Virus record (IMG/VR): IMGVR_UViG_3300025647_000002
Span: 1 to 57,671 of that record
Length of the DNA: 57,671 nt
Reading direction: 5' to 3' (one strand)
Source of the DNA: a virus
Taxonomy: Duplodnaviria > Caudoviricetes
The notes below the pieces were generated by a model that was given only the letters and a program-made list of their open reading frames with translations, had not been told where the DNA came from and made no database searches. Both the position numbers and the translations under genes were made by a program. How positions within the stretch are numbered: position 1 is the stretch's first letter; each line of letters opens with the position of its first letter. This document shows, piece after piece, positions 1 to 8,617 of this stretch.

Positions 1-56
1 CTACCAAAGCAGATTGACAGGAAGGTGCGGCGGGAGATCGCCGCCCTCACCCGATC
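1..56. repeat. Terminal direct repeat, left copy (circular assembly overlap)
   Basis: Positions 1-56 (CTACCAAAGC...CCCGATC) are identical to 57616-57671. Confidence 0.95.
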
Positions 57-192
57 GTGGGAGATAGTCAAAAAGCGCGACCACTACTTCTTAAAGGTTG
101 AGGGTAGCCCACTGATCTGCGTGGCGGACAACTCATCCAAGGCAAACGACTGGCAAGTAAACAAGACACTCGAAAGGTTGAAGAAACTATGA
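1..192 (+). CDS. 3' part of a 67-aa hypothetical protein spanning the circular junction (starts at 57604)
   Basis: ATG at 57604 reads through the overlap as MMTDLPKQIDRKVRREIAALTRSWEIVKKRDHYFLKVEGSPLICVADNSSKANDWQVNKTLERLKKL. Its TGA at 190-192 overlaps the ATG of the next gene (ATGA). Confidence 0.7.
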   Translation, partial: LPKQIDRKVRREIAALTRSWEIVKKRDHYFLKVEGSPLICVADNSSKANDWQVNKTLERLKKL

Positions 193-653
193 ACCCATTA
201 GACACTGGACGACTGCAGAACTGGGCAGTCGGTATGGCGGACCACGTGGCCAAGCTGAGTAAGGACCCAAGCACCAAGGTAGGTGCGGTGGTATTCGACG
301 AGAAGCGGCGGCTTGTATCCGCTGGATACAACGGGTTCGCCCGTGGTGTACGTGACACGCAGCAACGCCTTACTAAACGGGACACTAAGCTGAAGCTCAC
401 CCTCCATGCCGAGAAGAATGCCATACTCTTTGCTACCAAGGCGTTGGATGGGTGTACGATCGTGGTGACTCACCCCTGCTGCGCCCAGTGTGCAGCCCAT
501 ATCATCCAAGCAGGTATCAAGTATGTGGTGTGGCCCCGCCCCACACAAGAGTTTGCGATGAGGTGGAAGGACGACCTTTTACTGGCATACGAACAGTTCA
601 ACGAGGCAGGTGTAACTGTCACCGAGATCGACAGGGGGACACCACATGAGTGA
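189..653 (+). CDS. dCMP deaminase (cytidine/deoxycytidylate deaminase family)
   Basis: SKDPSTKVGAV, GYNG, HAEKNA and PCxxC zinc motifs. Confidence 0.92.
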   Translation: MNPLDTGRLQNWAVGMADHVAKLSKDPSTKVGAVVFDEKRRLVSAGYNGFARGVRDTQQRLTKRDTKLKLTLHAEKNAILFATKALDGCTIVVTHPCCAQCAAHIIQAGIKYVVWPRPTQEFAMRWKDDLLLAYEQFNEAGVTVTEIDRGTPHE

Positions 654-906
654 CATAAGCGCACGGTTGCGTTCCCTAAACAACCATTCTGGAACCACCA
701 CCCGGGCAGCCGCCGACCACATCGACGCCCTTGAAGCCAGCAACAAGGCGCTGGTGGAGGCGTTGGAACGCATTGCCTACGCCTCTGATGTTTATGGGGT
801 TGAGGCAAACGCAGAGGATCAAGGCGCTGACAGACTGGCATATGCACACAGGTCCATATGCAACCTTGCCCGCGCCGCCATCGCCGCAGTAAAGGAAACG
901 GCATGA
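646..906 (+). CDS. Hypothetical protein
   Basis: 86-aa ORF coupled to both neighbours, with a GGGGAC SD-like sequence upstream. Confidence 0.65.
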   Translation: MSDISARLRSLNNHSGTTTRAAADHIDALEASNKALVEALERIAYASDVYGVEANAEDQGADRLAYAHRSICNLARAAIAAVKETA

Positions 907-1076
907 CCATCCAGAGAGGCATGTGGGCCACGCACAACGGTGTCATCCCGATCCAAGACATGATCGATGAACACCTGCTGAACGCATACAAGACGTGCGT
1001 TCGGCACAGGAATTACGACAAGTCGGAGGAACTTATGAAAGAAATTGAACACCGCAACATTGACGGGAGAATATGA
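903..1076 (+). CDS. Hypothetical protein
   Basis: ATG at 903 after AAGGA, ATGA overlap; MTIQRGMWATHNG...DMIDEHLLNA. Confidence 0.65.
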   Translation: MTIQRGMWATHNGVIPIQDMIDEHLLNAYKTCVRHRNYDKSEELMKEIEHRNIDGRI

Positions 1077-1426
1077 TGGCGGGAGATACCCTCGCAATAG
1101 TAGCAGAATTACTCGCTAAGAATTACCAGCGTGCACAGATTTCAGAGGAGACGGGCCTTTCTCCAACCGCGATTGCAAGACTTGTCCGTAAGGGGCGTGA
1201 ACTTGGCGTAATACCACCGCGACAGCCGGCAAGCACTCGGTCAAAAATAAAAACAATACTCAAAGCGTACGATGTGCAGCTGGGGAGTATCCAAAATATG
1301 ATTGAAGCCCTTCCCGAAGAGATACGTTTCTGGCTTTTGAATAGTATGCCAGAAGACGTAACCCTCGCAGAATTTACCGCGTCAATCATCGTTGACGCAT
1401 ATCACGATGAAAAAGGAGCACAGTGA
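1073..1426 (+). CDS. HTH DNA-binding protein
   Basis: N-terminal HTH-like segment QRAQISEETGLSPTAIARLV. Confidence 0.6.
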   Translation: MMAGDTLAIVAELLAKNYQRAQISEETGLSPTAIARLVRKGRELGVIPPRQPASTRSKIKTILKAYDVQLGSIQNMIEALPEEIRFWLLNSMPEDVTLAEFTASIIVDAYHDEKGAQ

Positions 1427-1944
1427 TGCACGTAATGGTAGACCTTGAGACTATGGGCACCCGACCCAACGCACCGATCATCGCCATCGGCGCGGTTATG
1501 TTTAATAGCAACGCTATACTCGACGAGTTCTATATAAACGTCGATCTTGAGAGCGCAGTGAACGACAGCCAAGCCGTGGTCGATCCCAAGACTGTACTGT
1601 GGTGGCTGGAGCAGAGCGGTGAAGCGCGCTCGGCCCTGCGCACTGACAAGAAGAAGATATGCACTGCCCTCTACGACTTCCGTGAATGGATCAAGCCGGT
1701 GGACCCTGACGGTGTGTGGGGTAATGGTGCCAGCTTCGACAACACCATCCTGTCCGAGACCTACCGGCGGATGAACCTGACCCCACCGTGGTACTTCTGG
1801 CAGGACCGCTGCTACCGGACGATGAAGGGGATGTACCCGCAGATCACGATGGAGCGCAGCGGTGTGCATCACAACGCTTTGGACGACGCCAAGTCACAGG
1901 CACTGCACCTCATCAAGATTTGGCGTGAAGGGATGAATCGCTGA
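1423..1944 (+). CDS. 3'-5' exonuclease (DEDDh, DUF5051/exodeoxyribonuclease VIII-like)
   Basis: VMVDLETMG, WGNGASFD, DRCYRT and HNALDDA motifs. Confidence 0.88.
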   Translation: MMHVMVDLETMGTRPNAPIIAIGAVMFNSNAILDEFYINVDLESAVNDSQAVVDPKTVLWWLEQSGEARSALRTDKKKICTALYDFREWIKPVDPDGVWGNGASFDNTILSETYRRMNLTPPWYFWQDRCYRTMKGMYPQITMERSGVHHNALDDAKSQALHLIKIWREGMNR

Positions 1945-3800
1945 TGGACATCGTGACCATAGACTTTGAGACCTACTACGCCAGTGACTACAGCCTGTCT
2001 AAGATGACGACCGAAGCCTACATCCGTGACCCTCGCTTCGAGGTGGTCGGCGTGGCGGTCAAAATCAACGACCAAGAGGTGGACTGGTACTCCGGCAAGG
2101 ACACCGCAGGGTTCCTCAACGCCATTGACTACAGCGATAAGGCTATACTCTGCCACAACACAGCCTTCGACGGGGCGATCCTGTCGTGGCACTTCGGTAT
2201 CAGACCCAAGTTCTGGTTCGACACGCTCAGCATGGCGCGTCCACTACACTCGATGACAGTAGGCGGCAGCCTCAAGGCATTGGCCACGTACTACCAGCTG
2301 GGGCAGAAGGGTGACGAGATACTGCGCACCCTTGGTATGCGGCGTAAGGACTTCACGCCCGAACAGATGGCAGCGTACGCTGACTACTGTATTCAGGACG
2401 TGAACCTTACATACCAGCTGTTCAAGAAACTGGCACGGCAGTTCCCAAAGGAGGAACTGCTGGTCATCGACCAGACGCTGCGCATGTACACGGAACCGCA
2501 GATCGAACTCGACCCCGTTGTATTGGAGAGCCACCTCGCCGCAATCCACGAGCGCAAGCGCAAATTGATGGAGAAGCTGGGCGGGGAGGAAAAGGCCAAG
2601 AAGTTCCTCATGTCCAATAATAAGTTCGCTGACCTGTTGCGGGCGCTGGGTGCAGAGCCGCCGATGAAAACCAGCCCGACCACAGGCAAGCAGGCGTATG
2701 CCTTCGCCAAGAACGACATTGCGTTCAAGGCCCTGCTCGACCACCCGAAGGCGACAGTGCGTACGGTGGTCGAGGCGCGACTGGGTACCAAGTCCACCCT
2801 TGAGGAGACACGCACCAAGAGGTTCTTGGAAGTAGCGGAGCGCGGCCGGTTGCCCATCATGCTCAACTACTACGGGGCGCACACCGGCCGCTTTTCGGGG
2901 GGTGACAAGCTGAATCTACAGAACCTGCCGAGGGGCGGCGCTCTACGCAAGGCGTTGGCTGCACCGGATGGGCACTGCGTTGTGGCGTGTGACTCCAGCC
3001 AGATCGAGGCGAGGCTGGTGGCATACCTCGCTGGTCAGGACGACCTTGTCCAATCGTTCCGTGATGGGCGGGACGTGTACTCCGAGTTCGCCACTGATGT
3101 CTATGGTAGGCCGGTGTCCAAGTCCGATAAGGTCGAGCGCCACGTTGGTAAGACCTGCATCCTCGGACTGGGTTATGGTATGGGGGCACCGAAGTTCCAG
3201 CACTCGATGGCGACCGGGTTCATCAAGGTGGATATGGAAGTCGACGAGGCGCAGAAGATCGTGACGCTGTACCGGAACAAATACCACCGCATCCAGTCAT
3301 TCTGGAATAGGTGCAACCACGCTCTCCAAGGGATGGCCGCTGGCGAGACAGGTAATATGTGCGACCTCATTACATATGACAGCGAGGGTATCATACTCCC
3401 GAACGGTTTGAGGCTGCGCTACCCTGCCATGCGCCGTGGCCCTGACGGCTTCGAGTACATCAACGACGCGCGTACCTACCGTAAGTATCGGGACGCTGCG
3501 ATCATGGGCGCGGATCGCCCAGACCTGTCGTGGACCAAGCTGTATGGTGGTAAGGTGGTGGAGAATATCACCCAAGCTGTCGCACGTATCGTTGTGTCCG
3601 AGCAGATGGTCCGCATCGGACGGCGCTACCCTGTCGCTTTGCAGGTACACGACGAGATTGTTTGTGTGGTGCCAGAGGATCAGGCCGACGCCTGCAAAGA
3701 CTTTATGGTGGGCGTCATGTCCACGCCGCCCAAGTGGGCACCCGACCTGCCTGTTGCCTGCGAAGCAGACATCGGCATCAATTATGGAGACGCCAAATGA
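1944..3800 (+). CDS. polA: DNA polymerase family A with N-terminal proofreading domain
   Basis: Exonuclease motifs DFETYY and HNTAFD; TGRFSG; motif A DSSQIEAR; motif B RHVGKTCILGLGYG; motif C QVHDE. Confidence 0.95.
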   Translation: MDIVTIDFETYYASDYSLSKMTTEAYIRDPRFEVVGVAVKINDQEVDWYSGKDTAGFLNAIDYSDKAILCHNTAFDGAILSWHFGIRPKFWFDTLSMARPLHSMTVGGSLKALATYYQLGQKGDEILRTLGMRRKDFTPEQMAAYADYCIQDVNLTYQLFKKLARQFPKEELLVIDQTLRMYTEPQIELDPVVLESHLAAIHERKRKLMEKLGGEEKAKKFLMSNNKFADLLRALGAEPPMKTSPTTGKQAYAFAKNDIAFKALLDHPKATVRTVVEARLGTKSTLEETRTKRFLEVAERGRLPIMLNYYGAHTGRFSGGDKLNLQNLPRGGALRKALAAPDGHCVVACDSSQIEARLVAYLAGQDDLVQSFRDGRDVYSEFATDVYGRPVSKSDKVERHVGKTCILGLGYGMGAPKFQHSMATGFIKVDMEVDEAQKIVTLYRNKYHRIQSFWNRCNHALQGMAAGETGNMCDLITYDSEGIILPNGLRLRYPAMRRGPDGFEYINDARTYRKYRDAAIMGADRPDLSWTKLYGGKVVENITQAVARIVVSEQMVRIGRRYPVALQVHDEIVCVVPEDQADACKDFMVGVMSTPPKWAPDLPVACEADIGINYGDAK

Positions 3801-4459
3801 CTAGACTCAGCCACTCTTTCTCAGCCATCAAGATGTATGAGAACTGCCCGAAGAACTACTTCCACCAGCGCATCGAGAAGTCCGTCAAGGACAGCGGCAA
3901 TGCCGTCACTGCCTACGGTGAGCGTATCCACAAGGCGTTGGAGCTACGCCTCGCCCCTGAGAAGGACGAGTTGAGCCGTGAAGCCGAGAGGTACGAGGCT
4001 ATCTGTACCAGCATCGAGAAGGTCGCGGCGGGCGGGGTACTCACCGTTGAGGAGGAGATGACCCTGAACCAGAAGCTGGAACCGACTGGCTGGTGGGACA
4101 ACGACGCATGGCTACGCTCCAAGATCGACGTACTGGTTCGCAAGGGACCGGACGCTGTCATGTTCGACTGGAAGACAGGCAAGCGCCGCCCTGACTTCGA
4201 CCAGCTGGAGATGTTCGCAGCGCAGGTGTTTGCACACTATCCCGAAGTGGAGCGCGTCAAGACCACGTTCGTCTGGCTCAAAGAGATGAAGATGGACCAC
4301 GAGACGTACACAAGGGACCACATGCCAGCTATCTGGCAGCGTATCCTCGGTAAGATTACGCGGATCGAAGGCTCACTGGAGCACGAGAACTGGCCAGCTA
4401 AGCCGAGCGGTTTGTGTGGGTGGTGCCCATGCAAAAACTTCTGCGAGTTCGCAAAATAA
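3797..4459 (+). CDS. PD-(D/E)XK Cas4/RecB-like exonuclease
   Basis: Start MTRLSHSFS at 3797; N-terminal CP, GERIH, KIDV, DWKTG, QL and C-terminal CxWCPCxxxC (putative Fe-S ligands). Confidence 0.85.
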   Translation: MTRLSHSFSAIKMYENCPKNYFHQRIEKSVKDSGNAVTAYGERIHKALELRLAPEKDELSREAERYEAICTSIEKVAAGGVLTVEEEMTLNQKLEPTGWWDNDAWLRSKIDVLVRKGPDAVMFDWKTGKRRPDFDQLEMFAAQVFAHYPEVERVKTTFVWLKEMKMDHETYTRDHMPAIWQRILGKITRIEGSLEHENWPAKPSGLCGWCPCKNFCEFAK

Positions 4460-4501
4460 TAACTTTACATAGTTGACATAGCTAACACAGGGGGTGTATC
4501 C

Positions 4502-4924
4502 ATGGCTACAACACCAGAGGGTAAGATCAAACGCTGGCTGGACAAGATGCTGAAAGAGGAAGGCGTTTGGTTCTACAGTCCACAGGCTGGCCCGTTCGGG
4601 GTGGCAGGTATACCAGACAGGATGTGCTGCGCAGCAGGTCACCTGATCGGCGTAGAGACGAAGGCGGACAAGACGAAGAAACCTACGGCACTACAGATGA
4701 AGTGCATGAGGGACATAGAAGCGGCGGGGGGCAAATGCTTTGTCGCCTACGACAAAGAAACAATCGAGACGGTGAGGGAGTATATCCGTGCTTGTAATTC
4801 CGAAGGCCAAAGCGCTGGCGTTGAAGCTGAAGAACCCGGAGCGGGTGATGGCGACGATACCGACCGCCAAGGCGATCTCTTTTCGTGGGCAGCCGCTCGT
4901 GGCAGTGCCCCACAAGATAGCTGA
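4502..4924 (+). CDS. VRR-NUC domain nuclease (Holliday-junction resolvase-like)
   Basis: TPEGKIK, GIPD, ETKA and PTALQ motifs. The C-terminal tail overlaps the helicase gene. Confidence 0.85.
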   Translation: MATTPEGKIKRWLDKMLKEEGVWFYSPQAGPFGVAGIPDRMCCAAGHLIGVETKADKTKKPTALQMKCMRDIEAAGGKCFVAYDKETIETVREYIRACNSEGQSAGVEAEEPGAGDGDDTDRQGDLFSWAAARGSAPQDS

Positions 4925-6341
4925 AGTCCAGCAGCTGCGGTCTCTCGGGATCGCAGCGCCCTCCCCGATCCTGCATTATTACCAGTGGCCCGGCCAGTTC
5001 ACACCATACGACCACCAGCGTATGACCTCTGCGTTCCTTACCATGCACAGCAAGTGCTTGGTGCTTAATGAGATCGGTACCGGCAAGACGCAGAGTTCCC
5101 TGTGGGCTGCGGACTACCTGATAAAGATAGGTGCCGTGAAGAAGGTGTTGATCCTGTCGCCTCTATCTACACTAGAGCGGGTGTGGGGTGACGCTATCTT
5201 CAAGCAGTTCTTCCATCTCAAGCATGTCGTGCTCCACGGTACGGCAGCGCGACGGAAGAAGCTGCTCAATACAGAGGCTGACTTCTACATCATCAACCAT
5301 GATGGGTTCAACATCATCGCTGAGGATGCCATCGGTAAGTTCGATCTGGTCATCGTGGATGAGGCAGCTGTGCTGCGGAACCCATCGACCAGCCGGTACA
5401 AGCACTTCAAGAAGTGGATGGGCCTCAACCCTGACACCCGCCTGTGGCTCATGACTGGGACGCCGACACCGAACGACCCCACCGATGCGTGGACCCTGTC
5501 GCAGCTGGTCGATAGCCCTTACACACCGCGCACCTACACTGCGTTCCGTGAGCAGGTTATGATGAAGATTGGTCAGTGGAAGTTCGTGCCGCGCCCAGAG
5601 AGCGTGGACATTGTGAAAAACATTCTGCAGCCAGCTGTCCGCTATACACGGGATGAGTGCTTCGACCTACCGGATACCGTGGTCCAGACACGTCGTGTGG
5701 AACTGACACCGGTACAGAAGCAGCACTACCAGACCATGCTAAAGAAGCTAGTCATCGAGATGGATGGTGGGGCAGGGAACATCAGTGCTGTCAACGAGGC
5801 AGTCAAGGTGCAGAAGCTGGTCCAGATTGCCTGTGGTGTGGCGTACACCGACGACGGGCAGGACTTTGAGATTGATTGTTCACCACGGGTGAACGCAGTG
5901 AAGGAGGTAATTGAAGAAGCAGGTGAGAAGGTAATCGTCTTCGTCCCCTTGACAGGGACGCTGAACATGTTGGAGCGGGAACTATCCAAGCGGTGGAGTA
6001 CAGCAGTCGTCAACGGTGCTGTGTCATCCAGCAAAAGGAACCAGATTTTCCATGACTTCCAAGAGCACAAGGACCCACGTATCCTGATCGCTCACCCTGC
6101 CACGATGGCACATGGCCTGACCCTGACCTCGGCTTCGACCGTGGTATGGTATGGACCCATAACCAGCAACGAGCAGTATGTTCAGGCAAACGGACGTGTA
6201 GAGCGTATCGGGAAGCGGCATGTCAGTAACGTGGTACATATCGAGGCGACTGACCTTGAGTACAAAATGTACCACCGGCTGGAGAACAAGCAAAAACTAC
6301 AGGGCCTGCTCCTCGACATGATCCAACAAAATATGGAGTAA
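4788..6341 (+). CDS. SNF2-family (SF2) helicase
   Basis: EIGTGKT, VDEA, MTGTP, HGLTLT and QANGRVERIG motifs; GTG start after GAGGGAG. Confidence 0.92.
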   Translation: MLVIPKAKALALKLKNPERVMATIPTAKAISFRGQPLVAVPHKIAEVQQLRSLGIAAPSPILHYYQWPGQFTPYDHQRMTSAFLTMHSKCLVLNEIGTGKTQSSLWAADYLIKIGAVKKVLILSPLSTLERVWGDAIFKQFFHLKHVVLHGTAARRKKLLNTEADFYIINHDGFNIIAEDAIGKFDLVIVDEAAVLRNPSTSRYKHFKKWMGLNPDTRLWLMTGTPTPNDPTDAWTLSQLVDSPYTPRTYTAFREQVMMKIGQWKFVPRPESVDIVKNILQPAVRYTRDECFDLPDTVVQTRRVELTPVQKQHYQTMLKKLVIEMDGGAGNISAVNEAVKVQKLVQIACGVAYTDDGQDFEIDCSPRVNAVKEVIEEAGEKVIVFVPLTGTLNMLERELSKRWSTAVVNGAVSSSKRNQIFHDFQEHKDPRILIAHPATMAHGLTLTSASTVVWYGPITSNEQYVQANGRVERIGKRHVSNVVHIEATDLEYKMYHRLENKQKLQGLLLDMIQQNME

Positions 6342-6344
6342 CTT

Positions 6345-6740
6345 ATGACCCTTACAGTAGACAAGGTCATCCAGACCTACATGAAATTGCGCTCCAAGAA
6401 GGAGGCAATCGAGGCTGAGGCCAAAGAGAAAGTCGCTGACGTCAAGGCCAACATGGCCAAGATCGAAGCATGGTTGAAGGAGAAGGCAGACGCCGATGGT
6501 GTTACGTCGTTCAAGACAGACCACGGTACTGCCTTCCTTACGACCACAGACTTTGCTAATGTCGCGGACTGGGATGCCGTACTCGACTTCATCCGCAAGG
6601 AGGAAGCGTTCGACATGCTGGAGAAGCGCATCAGCAAGACTGCCGTTCGCGGCTACATCGACACGAACAAAGAAGTTCCGCCGGGTGTCACGTATGGCAC
6701 CAAGCTGGACATCAACATTCGCAAACCGGCAGCGAGGTAG
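6345..6740 (+). CDS. Conserved phage replication-module protein (coiled-coil N-terminus)
   Basis: GGAG SD; FKTDHGT...DWDAVLDFI...LEKRISK...VPPGV pattern typical of such phage proteins. Confidence 0.7.
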   Translation: MTLTVDKVIQTYMKLRSKKEAIEAEAKEKVADVKANMAKIEAWLKEKADADGVTSFKTDHGTAFLTTTDFANVADWDAVLDFIRKEEAFDMLEKRISKTAVRGYIDTNKEVPPGVTYGTKLDINIRKPAAR

Positions 6741-6742
6741 GT

Positions 6743-7039
6743 ATGAACTGGTTCAAGAGAGTGATCCTCAACTGGTCGTTGGACAACCAGAAGGCAGAGG
6801 TGGCGGGCCTATCACCTGTTAACCCACTGCTGCTTATGCTCGGTCAAAGCAGTGACCACCACTACATCACCGTCCCTGTGGAGAATGGGTTCGCATTGAT
6901 TACGCGCACCGTCGAGGACCCCCACTTGCCGTACAACCCGATTGGGCAACGTGCAACAGTGACTTTCTGTCCATCGGCTGAGAACCTCAGCCAAACCATC
7001 ATCGCCAAAATGGCACAACATAAACTCGCCGCTCGTTAA
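6743..7039 (+). CDS. Hypothetical protein
   Basis: 98-aa ORF with GAGG SD, tightly packed between neighbours. Confidence 0.65.
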   Translation: MNWFKRVILNWSLDNQKAEVAGLSPVNPLLLMLGQSSDHHYITVPVENGFALITRTVEDPHLPYNPIGQRATVTFCPSAENLSQTIIAKMAQHKLAAR

Positions 7040-7049
7040 GGAGGACCCT

Positions 7050-7289
7050 ATGAGCATGACCAAAGGAGAATACCGTGTCGGTATCGACTTCAACCCCAGC
7101 AGCGACGACATGGTTGGGCAGATCAAGCGCAAAGCTGCTGACCTGATCGACCTGATCGAGACGATCGCCAATGACGGTGAGACGGATCAGTATGTAGAGG
7201 TCTCGCGCCTCAAAGCATTGGCACAGTATGATATCGAAGACGGCGCAATGTGGGCCGTCAAAGCCGCAACCAAACCCCAACCCGAGTAA
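7050..7289 (+). CDS. Acb2/Tad1-like helical-hairpin protein (candidate cyclic-nucleotide sponge)
   Basis: AAGGAGG SD; two helices MVGQIKRKAADLIDLIE and SRLKALAQYDIEDGAMWAVKAATKP. Confidence 0.55.
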   Translation: MSMTKGEYRVGIDFNPSSDDMVGQIKRKAADLIDLIETIANDGETDQYVEVSRLKALAQYDIEDGAMWAVKAATKPQPE

Positions 7290-7300
7290 GGAGAAAACTC

Positions 7301-8284
7301 GTGAGCAACATCGTACCTACAAACATCCAAGTCCCCGCGCACCTCGCAGGTAAAGTCGGCCAGCCATCGGCGCTGTCGCAGAGCATCTCTGCTGGCATCT
7401 CTGCTGGTCAGTCGTTCCCGCGTATCTCGCTGAAGGGCAGCCGCTTCCGTATCGTTGAAGATGGTACCGAAACTGTACTGGATACCACGGCCCTCGACAT
7501 TGTGATCGTCGGCGCAAACCCCAAGCTGTCCAAGACATTCTACGCCAAGGCGTGGGACAAGGACGCAGAGCCAGCGGCACCTGACTGCTATTCTCTGGAT
7601 GGTACCAAGCCGCACCCTGAGAGCGAAGCCCCGCAGAACGACCTGTGTGCATCGTGCCCACACAATGCTTGGGGTTCCAAGATCGGCCCACAGGGCCAGC
7701 AGTTGAAGGCGTGTACCGACCAGAAGCGCCTCGCTATCGTATCAGCTGACGATCCGGAAGGTCCAGTTTATCTGTTGCAGGTTACACCTGCTGCACTGAA
7801 GGGCTTGAACGCTTACCACAAAGAGCTCTCCATGCGTGGTATCCCAGCCGAGGTGGTCAAGACCAAGATCAGCTTTGACACTGATGCGTCCTTCCCCAAA
7901 CTGAAGTTTGGCTTCGGTGGTTTCCTCGACGAGGATACGTACGGTGCGGTCGAGCCCCTGTTCGGTGCCGATAACGTGATGGATATTACCGGTGAGCAGC
8001 AGCCAGAGGTAGCGGCGGCACCATCCACCCCTCGTATGGCAGCCGTAACGGCCAAGCCTGCGCCTGCGCCTGCGCCAGAGCCAGCGCCAGCGCCAGCGCC
8101 AGAGCCAGAGCCCGTGGTTGAGGAGAAACCAAAGCGTGGTTTCGGTGCAGCCAAGGCAGCGGATAAGCCCAAGGCAGCTACCAAACCAAAAGCGGAACCC
8201 AAGGCAGCGGCCGAGGTGGATGCTGATGTCGCCAGCTTGGCAGACGATATTGCCGCACTGGTGGGGATGGCCGATGACGACTAA
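7301..8284 (+). CDS. Putative ssDNA-binding/annealing protein with Pro/Ala/Lys-rich linker and acidic tail
   Basis: GTG at 7301 after AAGGAG; PDCYSLDG...CASCPHNAWGS...KAC motif; PA/PE repeats; acidic C-terminus ADDD. Confidence 0.65.
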   Translation: MSNIVPTNIQVPAHLAGKVGQPSALSQSISAGISAGQSFPRISLKGSRFRIVEDGTETVLDTTALDIVIVGANPKLSKTFYAKAWDKDAEPAAPDCYSLDGTKPHPESEAPQNDLCASCPHNAWGSKIGPQGQQLKACTDQKRLAIVSADDPEGPVYLLQVTPAALKGLNAYHKELSMRGIPAEVVKTKISFDTDASFPKLKFGFGGFLDEDTYGAVEPLFGADNVMDITGEQQPEVAAAPSTPRMAAVTAKPAPAPAPEPAPAPAPEPEPVVEEKPKRGFGAAKAADKPKAATKPKAEPKAAAEVDADVASLADDIAALVGMADDD

Positions 8285-8558
8285 TCCGCTCGACTTTGAA
8301 AAGGTAGAGCTGGTCCGTGAACGCATGGCCCTTACAGTCAAGGACATGTGCGCTTTGCTGGGCGTGTCACGGATCAGCTACTACAAGTGGGTCGGAGGCG
8401 GACGCATCCGTGAACACAATGAGAACAAGGTAAAGGCTGTCCTGCGGCAGCTTCTACCCCTTCTGAAAGATGGTTCTTGGCCCCCCGCAGGGGCCAAGAG
8501 TTGGCCAAGTGACCAGCGTATGAACGCGTTACTTGAGATTTTAGGTCCGACCGAGTAG
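8274..8558 (+). CDS. XRE/Cro-like HTH transcriptional regulator
   Basis: Start MTTNPL at 8274; LTVKDMCALLGVSRISYYKW. Confidence 0.75.
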   Translation: MTTNPLDFEKVELVRERMALTVKDMCALLGVSRISYYKWVGGGRIREHNENKVKAVLRQLLPLLKDGSWPPAGAKSWPSDQRMNALLEILGPTE

Positions 8559-8617
8559 CGTAATAAAACAGGGGAGGGTGTCAGACCCTCCCCGCAACCA
8601 CAGTAAGGCGTGATACA

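Noticed and set aside
1-56. Biological terminal repeat
   Set aside because: It lies within coding sequence and its length is typical of an assembler overlap, so it is more likely a circularisation artefact.
3797-4459. CRISPR-associated cas4 or a CRISPR array
   Set aside because: No other cas genes or repeat-spacer array were seen. Stand-alone Cas4-like nucleases are common in phage replication modules.
4473-4502. Promoter TTGACA-18-TATCCA before the VRR-NUC gene
   Set aside because: The -10 box overlaps the start codon, so the transcript would miss the ATG; support is weak.
8055-8112. Short tandem DNA repeats (GCGCCT/GCGCCA/GAGCCA)
   Set aside because: Explained by the PA/PE linker of the SSB-like protein.
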